Assembly (NCBI GenBank): GCA_973895155.1
Contig: OZ316894.1
Location: 17,018,563-17,082,562, forward strand
Direction of reading: 5' to 3'
Length of the DNA: 64,000 bases
From: Marsupella aquatica
Lineage: Eukaryota > Plantae > Marchantiophyta
The notes beneath the pieces are model-generated. The model did not search any database, was not told where the DNA came from, and saw only the letters and a list, made by a program, of their open reading frames with translations. Positions 39,860 through 52,200 of the stretch are shown in pieces; the stretch's first letter is position 1; each line of letters begins with the position of its first letter. The translations under genes and the position numbers were made by a program.

Positions 39860-41060
39860 TTGTATTCTTGCGCGAACATGATTCTTCCTACGGTACCTGA
39901 TTAATGGGACTCGAGACAGTCTATCATCATTTAGAAGTAAGGAGAGTGATTGTCCCTGGATTGAAATTGACAAATTTTCAGTATTGAGTTATATTCTTTG
40001 GGCGAACATGATGCTCCCTACGGTACCTACTAAATGAAACTCATTATGTCAGTCCATCATCATTCAATAGGGAAGGAGAGGGATTGTCCGTGGATTGAAA
40101 TTGACGAAATTTTTTTAACTGACTACAGTAGCCTTTGGGCGAACATGATGTTCCTTACTGTACCTGATGAAAGGAACTCTCAGTCCATAAGGACAGTGAT
40201 TGTCCCTCGATCAGAGTCTTCTAAGTGGATAATATTAGTTAGATTACACATTTCCAAAACGTTTTGGCCACTTTTAGCTAACATTCCCCAACTTTGCATC
40301 TAACAACAAACCCCACTGCCGGAATCTAACATAATGTAGAGTAAATCTAATAGTCAGAAAATCAGATAAGGATTAGTCTTAACATTTTCTCTTTACTAGG
40401 AAGTTTTTACACCTCAAAACTGCTGATTATGGTTTTTGGCTAGAAACAAATGATTTCAAAGTTATGTAAGAGGTTTTCTTTTGTTTTTTCTTCACTAGCC
40501 TTTGTAGTGACTCATCTTCATGATGACAAAATGCTGTGGCTTATGAATTTGGTAGTCTATTTCTATGTCTCTAACTTTGATTAATAAGTTAATGTCCATA
40601 AAATCTTGAAGTTTGAGACCCCTCTTAAAGCACCACTGTCCCCAAAGCAAAATCTGGTGGATTCAGGTTCTAAAATAAACCAAAAATGGGCTCAAAACAA
40701 TACAAAGGTGCTCTATTTTGTTATCCCCAAATCTGGTGGACACAGGTGGTTTAAACTACCAGTACCCACAGAAAAAGGGAAATGCCCACATTCTAGAAAA
40801 AGGGAATTGCCCACATTCTTCTCCTCTCCCGTTCCATATTGCTCCATAAATTTAGAAAATAACACAATTTAGTGGTGGTTTAACTCAATGGTGGCAGAAA
40901 AGGGAAAACCTTACAGAATAAAGATTATGCTTCCCTGGGTTGAAATTGACGAAATTCTCTGATTTAATGTTGGGGCTAAGTCTGAAGCTCCCTACGGTAC
41001 ATAATAAATGAAACTCATGTCAGAATAGTCCATCATTATTCAGAAGGAAGGAGAGTGATG
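39860..41060. repeat. ~130-140 bp repeat upstream of the kinase (3 tandem copies plus 1 displaced)
   Basis: GCGAACATGAT..TCC.TACGGTACCT and AAGGAGAGTGATTGTCC.TGGATTGAAATTGAC at about 39872, 40001, 40139 and 40935-41060. Confidence 0.75.
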
Positions 41061-41696
41061 GACTGAATTGGACTGATGGTGGATTCTGGCATTCTGGGCC
41101 CACCACTCCCCCGCAGAACACCGGCCCGTGCGACCTGTGGCACTCTCACAGATATATCAGTCACATTTGAATGCCTCCTCGAGTTCGTGAATCCTCTGTC
41201 TCATCATCTGTCAATCGTTGCGCCTCGACGTGAGAACCCAAGCGAGCAGGATTGCAGGATTGTGAGAGACTGATCCTCTGCTGATCCTCCCCCAAGTCCT
41301 CCAAAATTCAAACGGCTCGCAATTCAAACGTCAACCGGTTCCAACACCTTCGGAGTTCGGACAGACCTCACCTCTCCGCTCTCTGTTGTTGTGGTGGTGG
41401 TTGTTGCGGCCGAGCACCGTAAATAGAGCTGCGATTTCTGATTTCAGATTAGACATTCGGAGCGCTGTCGGTGCGAATCCTGTCCTGTTTCAACGACTCG
41501 TCGGGCGGGTTGGTAGGGGAATTGATGGGGTTGAGCTGCAAGCTCACTGAGTAGGTGAGTCAATAGAAGAGGAGTAGAGGACTGTAGTAGTGGAGTAGTA
41601 GACTTGTGGAATTGAGGAGTTCGGACGGGCTTCGGAGAATCGGAGGGGTGATGGATGGAACTCGGCGGCCCTGAGTCCTGAGACTGAGTTGCAACA

Positions 41697-43157
41697 ATGC
41701 ATATCCAGAAGCAGCAGCAGTGTAGCAGAGATTCGTCCTGCGAGAAGGAGAACAATGAGAGGCAGTCGCAGCAGCAGTGTAGCAGAGATTCGTCCGGCGA
41801 GAAGGTGAACAATGAGAGGCAGTCGCAGCAGCAGAGGATTGTGAAGAAGGCCGAAACTGTGCCTGCGAAGGAGCTGCTGCAGAGGAATGTGAAGAAGGCC
41901 AAAGCTGAGGCTGAGAAGGAGCTGTTGCAGAGGAATGTGAAGAAGGCCAAAGCTGAGGCTGAGAAGGAGCTGCAGCAGAGGAATGTGAAGAAGCAGGTGT
42001 TAAGTTTGAAATTCCTGGTGGGATGGCACGCCCGGAAGAAATCTTCGAAGACGAGAAGCCCTTGCAGCAGCAGCAGCAGCGGCAGCAGTGGTGGTCTTGT
42101 GGGTCTGAGTGCTCTGCGAGTATTGGACCACAACAACAGCGCAGTCAACACGAGCACGTGGTTGAGGAAATCCGTGGAGAAGTGGAATTTGGAGAACATT
42201 TTGCCTCCTTCACAGAGAGCGTTGCCCACTGTGGCGCACATCTTCACGGTCAAGGAGATGCGCAAGGCCACGGGGGATTTCAGCCCGGACAATCTGATCG
42301 GCGAAGGGGGATTCGGTCAAGTGTTTCGGGGGGTGCTGGCTGATGGAAGGGTCGTGGCAGTGAAGCAGATGGACCCTGCGGCGTCAGCGAGACAGGGAGC
42401 ACAGGGTGAACGTGAGTTCAGAGTGGAGGTGGACATCTTGAGCCGTCTGAATCACCCTCACTTGGTTCGTCTGATCGGCTACTGTGCTGATTACAGCGAC
42501 CGGTTGCTGGTCTACGAGTACATGAGCAATGGGAATTTGCAAGAGCTACTGCATGGCATTCTGCGGGTGAGGTTGGACTGGCAGACACGGTTGCGAATTG
42601 CGCTGGGGTCAGCGAAGGCTTTAGCTTACCTGCATTCGGGACGGGCCACTGGAAATCCGGTGATACACCGTGATTTCAAGTCTAGCAACATACTGCTTTC
42701 TGAAAATATGCTAGCCAAGGTCTCGGATTTCGGTTTGGCAAAGCTCGTGCCATACGGGAACAAGCCTTATGTTAGCACGAGAGTGATTGGCACCGTGGGC
42801 TATTTTGATCCCAAGTATACTTCCACGGGCCGGCTCACAGTGAAGAGTGACGTGTATGGATTTGGGGTGGTTTTACTGGAACTTCTCACGGGAAGGAGAG
42901 CTGTGGATGCTTCTTCGTTTGAGTGTGGCGGCGAGAATCTTGTGTTTCAAGTGCGGGAGACATTGAAGAGCAAGAAGAAGTTGAAGAAGGTGATAGATAC
43001 AGAACTGAATCCTGACACCTACTCTTTTGATAATGTAAGAAAGTTTGCGGATCTAGCAGCTCGCTGCATTCGAGAGGAAGATAGCAAGCGGCCAATGATG
43101 TCTGAGTGTGTCAAGGAGATCCAGGATCTTTATCTCCACAGCAAACACTTTCCATGA
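41697..43157 (+). CDS. Intronless receptor-like cytoplasmic Ser/Thr kinase (resembles the At1g24030/PBL28 group), 486 aa
   Basis: All catalytic motifs are present: GEGGFGQV, VAVK, QGEREFRVEVDILSRLNHP, HRDFKSSN, DFG, GTVGYFDPKY, KSDVYGFG, RP.M. No signal peptide or TM segment. The subfamily call is from memory. Confidence 0.93.
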   Translation: MHIQKQQQCSRDSSCEKENNERQSQQQCSRDSSGEKVNNERQSQQQRIVKKAETVPAKELLQRNVKKAKAEAEKELLQRNVKKAKAEAEKELQQRNVKKQVLSLKFLVGWHARKKSSKTRSPCSSSSSGSSGGLVGLSALRVLDHNNSAVNTSTWLRKSVEKWNLENILPPSQRALPTVAHIFTVKEMRKATGDFSPDNLIGEGGFGQVFRGVLADGRVVAVKQMDPAASARQGAQGEREFRVEVDILSRLNHPHLVRLIGYCADYSDRLLVYEYMSNGNLQELLHGILRVRLDWQTRLRIALGSAKALAYLHSGRATGNPVIHRDFKSSNILLSENMLAKVSDFGLAKLVPYGNKPYVSTRVIGTVGYFDPKYTSTGRLTVKSDVYGFGVVLLELLTGRRAVDASSFECGGENLVFQVRETLKSKKKLKKVIDTELNPDTYSFDNVRKFADLAARCIREEDSKRPMMSECVKEIQDLYLHSKHFP

Positions 43158-43523
43158 AGACATTCGGCTCTTCCAATCGCCTCACTGAAGGCGGCACCTC
43201 TAGTTGCCCGGATAAGAGTTTCTCGAAGCTTTTGGTAATGGGAACAGAATACCATACTTCCAGCCCTCTTTAACAGTTCATCAGCCCTCAGGAGAACGAG
43301 TGGTCAGACGATGCCTCTGGTACAGGAGTGGACGTAGCTGGGAATCCTCCGGAAGTTTCATAGCTCTAATTTTACTTGGAGATTGGCATTATCCCTGAAC
43401 TCGTAGACTCGTGCTCTCTCTCGAAAGCGTTCCATTTGAGTTGTTTGAATTAATATGATGCAGGAGTGTTAGAGAACGCATTGACAAGCCCAATGCCAAA
43501 ACTGTCGAGAAGAGTCTTCTCAT

Positions 43524-43672
43524 GAGCATTACGATAGAAGCACTCCCTCTAGTCCGGAGCATGGCCTTCCCAGCCGCTCCCCGTGATAATTGTGAGCATT
43601 ACGATAGAAGCACTCCCTCTAGTCCGGAGCATGGCCCTCTTAGCCGCTCCCTGCGATAATTACATTACGATA
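43524..43672. repeat. 70 bp tandem duplication in the kinase 3' region
   Basis: GAGCATTACGATAGAAGCACTCCCTCTAGTCCGGAGCATGGCC at 43524 and 43594. Confidence 0.9.
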
Positions 43673-44943
43673 GCCGACATGTCCTTCATCGCTGATCTGC
43701 TATCTATCTGGCAGACGAGTGAGCAGACTTTCCTTCTAGTTCTTGAACAAATATTATATTCCAGGCGTAGTTGTGAGCAGACACCTTGTTTGTATTCTCG
43801 TACTATAAATTGAAAACGAACAAGCTGGGCCTTGGCACCACCAATGACTCGTTCCACGTGAGCCAATGACAAACAGCAATTAATCGAATGCCAATATGAT
43901 TATTGATGCCTGTTGCTCAAGAACAACAACCCGCAAACTGAGTATGGTGCACTCCGTGTCTACGTAGGCTGCTTGGCTGATACGCTTGTGAGATTTTCAG
44001 CGAAGTGAATTTTACCTTCTCCACAAGCCTCATACGTCCCTGAAGTCTGTTGCGGATGGTGCGAAAAGATTGTACTTTAAAATTTGGTGGTTCCTTTGTT
44101 GCAATTTTTGTGGGCCCCTGGTCACAACTATTGCAAGAACGTGTGACCGTTCTTCGAACCCGTGGTGGTTTTTCTAGCGCGAACGCACAGTGCAATCAGT
44201 CAATTTTGCCCTTTGTTTTTGGTTTGCTCAAATTTCGGCAACATCCCCGAAAAGTTTTACTAAGATTAGGCACGAAACAACAACTTCACGGGCAGAGTGC
44301 AGTATCCAAACTTGTTGTCTATCAATGGGAGTGCAGTATGCGAACTTGTTGTCTATCAATGAGTACCTAACCGTGTTGTCAATGCAGAAGCAATAGACAT
44401 TATGAGGAGGAAGTTGGCCCATCGTCGACTCAGGAGAAAAGCACAAATTTGTTAAACCTGCCATGCAATGCAGTTAAAGTCTCGCTTGAACTTTAAAGGC
44501 GCTCCTGGCATGCGAGGAAGGTTTAGATTGAATTCTGTGATTTCATTTTTTGGTGAGCAGACGCACCAGAAGAATTTCGTGTGCAAGCCTCTTGTACTGT
44601 CCTAGTGGGCAGCAATGTTTTTGTCGCTCGATCAATTTTTGGGATTCCCTACCCTCCCAGCTTCGGGAGGTAAATGCCAAACTAACTTCAGACTGCCACC
44701 CTCCTTAATAGATTCTATCCGTGCTGCATCGAATCAGAAGGCATGCACATGATTCTTTTGACATGTGAAGAGAGAGATTCACTCTGGGTAATAATGAATT
44801 GATTTTATCGACATGTATACTCATTCGAGAGAAAAACCTCCCAACAATAATGTGTAAAAGCCCTGCGGAAAATTGTTACAGCAATTCTAATCTCTTATAA
44901 CTAATGAAACCTTTGCCTCACACCATTCTCTCAATGGGTTGAA

Positions 44944-47910
44944 CTAATTGATTTTGGGTTTTCCTCGTTTAGGTCTTAGCACCAGCCAAAGAACAACGAC
45001 AACAACGACCAAGGCAAAGCCCGACACAACATCCATTCTAGTTTCTAATTTGTGCTCTCGTACGCAGTAAACTGGATGAAGTGCCTCAATGGTTTCGTTC
45101 GCCGCTTGGAAGAAGCTTTGAGCGGCGGTCTCCAGGTGAGGCAAAAGTTTCAACGCTTCCGCATACCTGAGCTCCTCGTTATGCCCAGCTATCTTTTTCC
45201 ACAAACCGATGAGTCGATTGAAGTCGTAGCGGAGGCCATGTTCACGAGCTCTGAATGTAGAGAATGCTGCCTTTTGAGTTCGTTCATTTACGAGAAGTCG
45301 TACTCCAGAATTAAGCACTTCAATTGATTCGTCCAAGGCTGTCACAATGTAGTTACGAGCCATGGCGTCATTGTGAAACTGAGACATGTTCCAGCCACTA
45401 GATGTGCTCGAAAATGGGTGAGACCCCACAGACCAGAGCCAATCCTGAATAGAACTCTCATGGGCTGGGCTGAAGGTGAGATGGGAGGGAAGTAGTCCAG
45501 CCATGTGCTCCGCCACTGCTGCAATTGCTGCCTTCGTTGGCTGTCGTAAATCCCAGCTAATAGATTCACCATTACACTGAAGGTGACTTTCCCATGTAGG
45601 GTGAGTTGACTGCACTACTATGACCATATCAGACAAGGCTTTGGCCTGATAGTGCTTATCAACTAGCAGAGGCTCTCCACTAGAACGCAGAAACCAGAAA
45701 ATTGGTACTTCTACATTGGACCGCGTGGACGACTTTCTTACTGTTGTTGAAAAGTCAAGCTGCTTGATGTGGTGCTGAAGTATAAGGGAGTCCAAATACA
45801 CACGATCCGCTGATTTGTATGTTCCATTCACCAACAAGATTGGCACGATGCTGGCACGCTTTGCTGAAGCAAAAGCCATTGCTAGCGGTGGATCTTCGGC
45901 GAGTGCAAGTGTGTGAAATGAAAATATGGCCTTCTGTGAAGGCACAATAAGGTTCAAGAGCGCTGCCTTGACAGCATCGGTATCCACAGGAAGCAGGCGG
46001 TCGTCTTTGATCTTATCTTGAGCGATGAAATACACCTCGAAAGTAACAGTTTCATAAAAATGAAAGGCTCCATCTGCAGTAGATGGGGTCACCACATGTC
46101 TCATAGCTGAGGCGAGGACGGAACCCAAGTGAGCCAAGAAAGAATCTCGGGCCCCAGAGAATTTTCCTGTATTCTGACTCACAAAACCGAAAATGTTCCC
46201 CTCGTCTAGACGCTTCACCAGTTGCGCTGCTTTTCCCTTGTGCTCCAAAATTTTCGCTTGAGCTTCCTCATTTGTCCCTTCAGGAAGAGACTCGCTATAG
46301 ATGCCTGCCAGCTCATCTCTGACTGCACTCACTCTCTGCGAAAACTCTGTACAAAAATTCAGCGCAATCTTGCGTCCCTTGCAGTGCCTATCGGCGAACA
46401 TCTCATACACATCGAGTTCTGCTTGAAGCAGGTCCACTGCGTGTTGCTCGTCCATTTCAAAGGAACTGAATCTAGAAAGCCACAGATTTTCAAAATCCGC
46501 CTGGACAGCATTATGATCCACATCTATGTCAGAGAGCGGCACGTCACGGAAGCTAGCGTCCACAGAAGGCAGACTGACCTCAGCGCGAACTCCATCACCC
46601 CCTACTGCGGGACCCCATGTGAAAGGACCAGCACTTAAATCCAAAAAACTCCATCTTTCGTGCCCAACCCATGTATCGACAAGGCACTCTGCCTGCATTT
46701 CGGACTCTCCCAGAGAGCTCAATCCTTTCCGCAAGGCACCTGCCAGTTGCAAGTTTGTGCCATCCAAGATTTTCTGAGCAGTCCACCAAGTTATTTCATC
46801 ATCGCTCTTCAACGATAGGGTTGCTTCCAGAGAGTCAAGAGCCTTATGGACCGAATCCACCCACAAGTCAGCGTGCCCTTCTTCAGGGGTTGTCCACGCG
46901 AACTTCAACATCGGGTGCCGCTGGTAGATTGGGTTCTTGATCGTCTCCACCTCTCCCAGATAATCCTGGAACTTTCCCTTCGATTTGAGCAATTTCCCTG
47001 CCTTGTCTGCACTCGCTTTGAGGAATGAAATTTCATTTGTTGAAAGTCCATGTCTGTACCCATAGCTGCTATGACTGGGATCACGTTTAGGGTTCAGGAC
47101 AAAGACATTGTAGGCCTTTTCAAGCTGGAGATAGTTCACCAGACTTTGAAAAATATGGGACATAGTACCGATGTCCACCTGCCAGTTAGGTCCTTCCTTC
47201 CCGGCGTCCTTGACACCCAGAGGATCCTCTTTGCGTGCCAAGAGCTTGATTGCTCGCTCGAAGACCGCAGTGGTCTTCGAATTCAACTCAATTCCATGTA
47301 CAGAATAGTTGTAATGTGTGTAACTAACGAGAGGAAGATGATGCTTGTTTTCCCCTGATCCTCTGGCTCTGTAGAACGGGGTCAGCTCCTCTTCAAGCTG
47401 CGGCACACGCGTATGTTCCAAAATGTGATCGATATTCGTGAACCACCGCTGCAATTCCTCTTCCCCCAATTTGAACTCCTGATTGCCCTCACCATCGAAA
47501 CCGATGAATATGAAATTGATGGGGACAGGCAGATAAATGGCATCAACGAAAGATAACTTTAGGTATGATGCAAGCGTAATTGCCCTTGTGAAATTCTGCA
47601 AGCCATCTTTGCGTTCATCCACCTTCAAATCATCAAACACTCGTCCCAAAACTTTCTCACTCCAAAGCTCCTTCACGTTAGAAAGAACGCCGCCTGTTTT
47701 CTTACCCGGGAAGCTCGTCATGTGCGCTGTTGTTCGTACACCCAGTTCGGCGTAAGCTGCATCTGACGACGGCCTACCTTCTACCCGCCATGAGAAAAGG
47801 AGAAACGCTAGCGGAAGGGTGAAGATGAACCGCATCAGCGCACCATTCCGCCGTGCGGTGCGATTCTCTCCACACCCCATTTTTCTCCCACCCTCCCTCC
47901 CTTCCTCCAT
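44944..47910 (-). CDS. Intronless conserved plant type-I membrane protein, At5g58100-like, up to 988 aa
   Basis: Uninterrupted 2967-nt ORF with a signal-peptide-like segment (MRFIFTLPLAFLLFSWRVEG), conserved-looking blocks (PVPINFIFIGFDGEGN, DLSAGPFTWGP, VDKHYQAKALSDMVIVVQS, DWLWSVGSHPFS), and a C-terminal TM plus RPKRGKPKIN. The start could be a later Met. Confidence 0.9.
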   Translation of the reverse strand: MEEGREGGRKMGCGENRTARRNGALMRFIFTLPLAFLLFSWRVEGRPSSDAAYAELGVRTTAHMTSFPGKKTGGVLSNVKELWSEKVLGRVFDDLKVDERKDGLQNFTRAITLASYLKLSFVDAIYLPVPINFIFIGFDGEGNQEFKLGEEELQRWFTNIDHILEHTRVPQLEEELTPFYRARGSGENKHHLPLVSYTHYNYSVHGIELNSKTTAVFERAIKLLARKEDPLGVKDAGKEGPNWQVDIGTMSHIFQSLVNYLQLEKAYNVFVLNPKRDPSHSSYGYRHGLSTNEISFLKASADKAGKLLKSKGKFQDYLGEVETIKNPIYQRHPMLKFAWTTPEEGHADLWVDSVHKALDSLEATLSLKSDDEITWWTAQKILDGTNLQLAGALRKGLSSLGESEMQAECLVDTWVGHERWSFLDLSAGPFTWGPAVGGDGVRAEVSLPSVDASFRDVPLSDIDVDHNAVQADFENLWLSRFSSFEMDEQHAVDLLQAELDVYEMFADRHCKGRKIALNFCTEFSQRVSAVRDELAGIYSESLPEGTNEEAQAKILEHKGKAAQLVKRLDEGNIFGFVSQNTGKFSGARDSFLAHLGSVLASAMRHVVTPSTADGAFHFYETVTFEVYFIAQDKIKDDRLLPVDTDAVKAALLNLIVPSQKAIFSFHTLALAEDPPLAMAFASAKRASIVPILLVNGTYKSADRVYLDSLILQHHIKQLDFSTTVRKSSTRSNVEVPIFWFLRSSGEPLLVDKHYQAKALSDMVIVVQSTHPTWESHLQCNGESISWDLRQPTKAAIAAVAEHMAGLLPSHLTFSPAHESSIQDWLWSVGSHPFSSTSSGWNMSQFHNDAMARNYIVTALDESIEVLNSGVRLLVNERTQKAAFSTFRAREHGLRYDFNRLIGLWKKIAGHNEELRYAEALKLLPHLETAAQSFFQAANETIEALHPVYCVREHKLETRMDVVSGFALVVVVVVLWLVLRPKRGKPKIN

Positions 47911-48997
47911 GCAAAGGACACACTTCAGTCGACCATCAATCAGACCAACCTACCAGTCATGAGCTCGCCCTTCACAGTGCGATACCGAAACAACACTCCT
48001 CGAACAACAATCTCCTAAACTCCTCTTCAAAACATTAAAAGTGAAGAGCAGCAGAGCACAGTGCCAACGCGCGACTTCTACTTTCCTCGTCCCCCGAAAC
48101 CTTCTCAACCCCTGGGACAACTCACAATTGGCCGGCCACGCTTGCAGAAAATCTGTCCCCAATCTTAATCAAGCTTTTCAGCGACTTCGTCGAAGACGAT
48201 TCCGCTTCGAAGCACACATCGCAGCCAGACGGATGGAATGAAGGGCTCAGAAGAGGAATGCGTTCCGCAGCAATCACACCATCCCACTCTACAATAATCT
48301 ACTACTGGAATCTGCTCATTCCTGCGGGGATTGAATCGAACAACGAGCTGAATCTCATCGGGTCTGATGGAGCACTTCGTGCTGAAGGGCAAGGAGAGAG
48401 GAGGGCCGCCCTAAACGATACAGTACCCCGTTTTCTGCACTCTACTGTAAATGACAGCAGAAGACGGAGTATTTCGAGTCATATTATATTATACTTATAG
48501 GAAACGTAAAGTACTGTAGCTGAAAAACCATGAAGCAAGATGAGTCACAATATATTAGACTAGCCCGATTACCGTTCCTTGAAAGTATTGAAAGTAAATA
48601 GATAAGAAGAATAAAAATCTTGCAAGAAAAAAAAGGAACTATGTGCTATTTTCGCTCATCTTTGCCCCATCCTTGTTTTTTTTCCACGTTCTTTATTTAG
48701 AGTCAATGTCACTTTTGTTTTCTTTGCCACCCTAATTTCAGTTTTGTCTTTATTTAGAGGCAATGTCACTTTTGTTTTCTTTGCCCCATCCCTGGTTTTT
48801 CTCACTCTCATTCTATGTTTTGTCCTTATGAAATATTTATTATCAGTCTTGTCTTTTGCCCTATCCCTGTTTTTTTTCACTCATTTTAAGTTTTGTCCTA
48901 CTCATAATCAGTCTTGTTTGTACTGGGAGTTAAGGTCTAGAGTGTTCACTCTAGACCATAGGCCTTAAAAGTAGCTTCCCTTCATGAATTATTAGTA

Positions 48998-49216
48998 AGA
49001 TTTACTGCACAAACCATGAAGCCAGATGAGTCACCTATATACATTTGAGATTTACCACACTAACAATGAACCTAGATTAGTCACCCAAAACTATATTTGA
49101 GATTTACTACACTAACCATGAAACTAGATTAGTCACCCAAATCTATATTTGAGACTTACTATACTAAGCATGAAACCAGATGAGTCACCAGAAAATATAT
49201 GTGAGATTTACTACAC
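48998..49216. repeat. ~52 bp minisatellite, ~4 copies, with a further copy near 48510-48558
   Basis: AGA(T/C)TTAC.ACACTAACCATGAA...AGAT(G/T)AGTCACC at 48998, 49048, 49100, 49152 and 49204. Confidence 0.85.
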
Positions 49217-52200
49217 TGGCCTGACTGCCCGAGCTTTGCTCACGACAGGCCCACGGTTGCCATCCCCACCTATTCACAACCCCCAAATCTTGTTGCCATT
49301 CATAGTCACGGTCTAGAAGTGTCTTCTAGATCATGGGCTCTAGCGTGTAAGTTTCAATACTGAATTATTAGTTAGATTATCACTCTTTTTTTATCTATAC
49401 ACACACTTTGTTACATTTTCAGTTCAATTTCTATATTCCTACATATTTCCACTATTGATTCAGCATGCTAAGTATGGCTAGAATAAAACAATTTGACAGT
49501 CAATATCTGGCCAGGTTTCACGTACCATTGGATGGTCGTTCATTCCTCTACCGTAACCACAACACCCTTTCCGACCCTCGACATTGGGTTGGGTCTCTTT
49601 CTTCTCTCCAATTGGTACAAGGCACACTATGTCTCAGGCACAAAAAGGACCCTGCAGCAGCAGAGCAAGGCCCAACAGGACATAGTTCAATTAATTTTCT
49701 CCCTGTTAAATGGAGGTCATAGTTGAAATGTGGAGCCAAGGCAGCAGAAGAGCCCTAGTACACTGGTGTCCAGGCAAACAGCGGAGGTGAAACATCCCGT
49801 AAGCATTGGGGAGGGGCTTTGGTGCAAGTTCTGAAGTTAACCCGGAAATCTATGTTATTGAACTTTCTATGCGGTATTTGATGCACCCTTGAATGGTTCC
49901 CATAACCATTGGAGATGCTCAAAAGCAAGGTAACTCTTATACCCTAGTGCATGCTGGACCTCATTCCCGGGAGGATGCACCTATACATGATTAGTTGCTA
50001 ACTTCTACCTGTACATGTTTAGCGGTTAACTTCTATTCAAAAACAAAGCTTCCATGGATCAAAATGCTTGATGGATAACTCAAGACAAATAAACCACTTC
50101 ACTCTGGATAGAAAGTGTTCAACTATTCCTTTGAGCTCAAGTGGTATGTTTCTGTATGTTTCTTTGTTTGGCTGTCAGAAACACATTGTGGTACGTTTAT
50201 CCAAGGGTTGATTTGGTTGGAAGTAAGATTGACAAGCAATCCTGGGGTGGGGGCGATGGAAAGCCAAATGTTATAAAGTCAAAAGCTTGGATGGGATCTT
50301 CATCTAAACCTTGGAACTTGAGCAATGGTTTCCAACATGTTATTTGAAAAAAGTCAATTTGTTTTAGCTCTAGATAGATGTCATCTTAGTTAAAAAAACA
50401 TTTGAATAGATCTCACGCAAGCCTAAGGGTTCTATCCAAGTACAAGATTTGAGACTCTAGATGAACTCTAGACCTATGAGTCTCAACTCAAGTGAGCTAC
50501 CACACAGCCATGCCTCTCTGGGCTTGAACCAGTTTTTGTTTTGTTTTTGAACCAGCTTTCTTGAGTAGCCAATGTCGTACGGGTAGTACAGGAACAGCAA
50601 ACAACCCAAGCAAAGATATGGCTATCTTTGTCGGTACGGTCCCATGGAAGAGCGTAGGACTAGACCACTTGATCAAAACCACAAAATATGTGTCTTAAAA
50701 CCAAACATAACCTCACCCCTGTATTTCAAGAGGCTGGAGAGGGATTCTCCAATTGTTTTGTAAATCTTACCTATGGCACAAACAACAAAATAGTTCTCCT
50801 TCTAGAACTCCATTATTGAGATCACAAGTTTAAGCTTGAACACCTTGTACACAACTCACAACTGAGGGCTGCTGGAATAGCTTAAGGTAACCCAATATGC
50901 TATCCTGGCACGATTGGAACGTTCAGGGAAAATCCTGGAAGCATAACCAACCCTAGCTGATCAAAATACTTCTCCAATAACACCTATCCTTGCCTAACAG
51001 ATGCTGCTATAATTCAGACACTCTTACTTCTACCCAGCCTGTGGGGAGAGACTGAGAGGCTGAGCCCATAGTCCCCTGCTACAACCCCGGGTATCCCACT
51101 TATGAACATCATTTATTCAGACTGTAATTCTTGCCACTATCCAGCTCTGGAAAAAAAACCAGATTGTCACCCCCTGTTAGTGTCCACAGATCTGAATACA
51201 AGCTCACAATCAGGTGGGCCAAATACAATAGGTTCACTGCACTCTCAAGAGAACAACAAATTGGTACACAGACTTGCCTTCTCTCTACTGTGCCCAACCA
51301 ACTAACACTTCTGAACTTTCAACATCAGACTGAACGGAAGGTGACACAAACACCATGCATCCTTGATGTCCACCACTCATATACAGCATCATAAATAGGA
51401 CAATAGAGTGAGATAAGTCAAGAGGGCTACTTTATGTAACTCACAAAGCTTCCAACACAGGTGAATCTTCCAGTCTGAACCCTCACTCATACACACACTA
51501 CTTTCCTAGAGCTGGGACATTGCAACTGCTGATCAGCTTGGCTTGAGCAAAAATGCACCTAGCTTCCACCAGCCAACAACCTACAAGCCCCTAAAACTGA
51601 AAATCTGCACAACTAAATAGTTGAAACTTGAGAGCTCACTCACACTCAGGAGCTGCTCTCCTCCTTGTCTCTTCTCTACCTCCTATCACAGCATCCAATG
51701 CATCTAATTACTCTCTTGCAAAGCTTGAAACTGAAATTTACTTGGCTAACTTGCTACTCATCTATTCTAAATCTCCTATATTCACTACCTAGGTAAGTTC
51801 TCACAAACCTCCATGCATCACTCCTGAACTGAATTCGCTTCTGGCCTCCATGGGTACCTCCTCCTAGCTCCTACCTTCAATTTTTACTCCAGTAGCTCTT
51901 CCCTGGTCTCTAGTAACTCAGTAATTCTTGACATTGCATCCTGGGCACTCGTTTCAGCCCCGAAATCTCTCTCTTGGATTCCAATAGTACTCTGATCTCT
52001 CCAATACTCAACCCTGGGGTGCCCACTTGCCCTGGTATCACTCCTTGGATCCCTGAGCAGCACCCACGAGCCACCAACAATGCACACAAATTTTCCACCT
52101 CAAATGAGTCACACTGTGATCTCCCTGACCAGAACATTCAATCTTGCATCAATTCTTCTTGTCTCCTTGTCCAACACCTCAATCTTCACTGAATGACCAC

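Noticed and set aside
41444-42292. 282-aa minus-strand ORF
   Set aside because: Antisense shadow of the repeat-rich kinase N-terminus with no recognisable domain.
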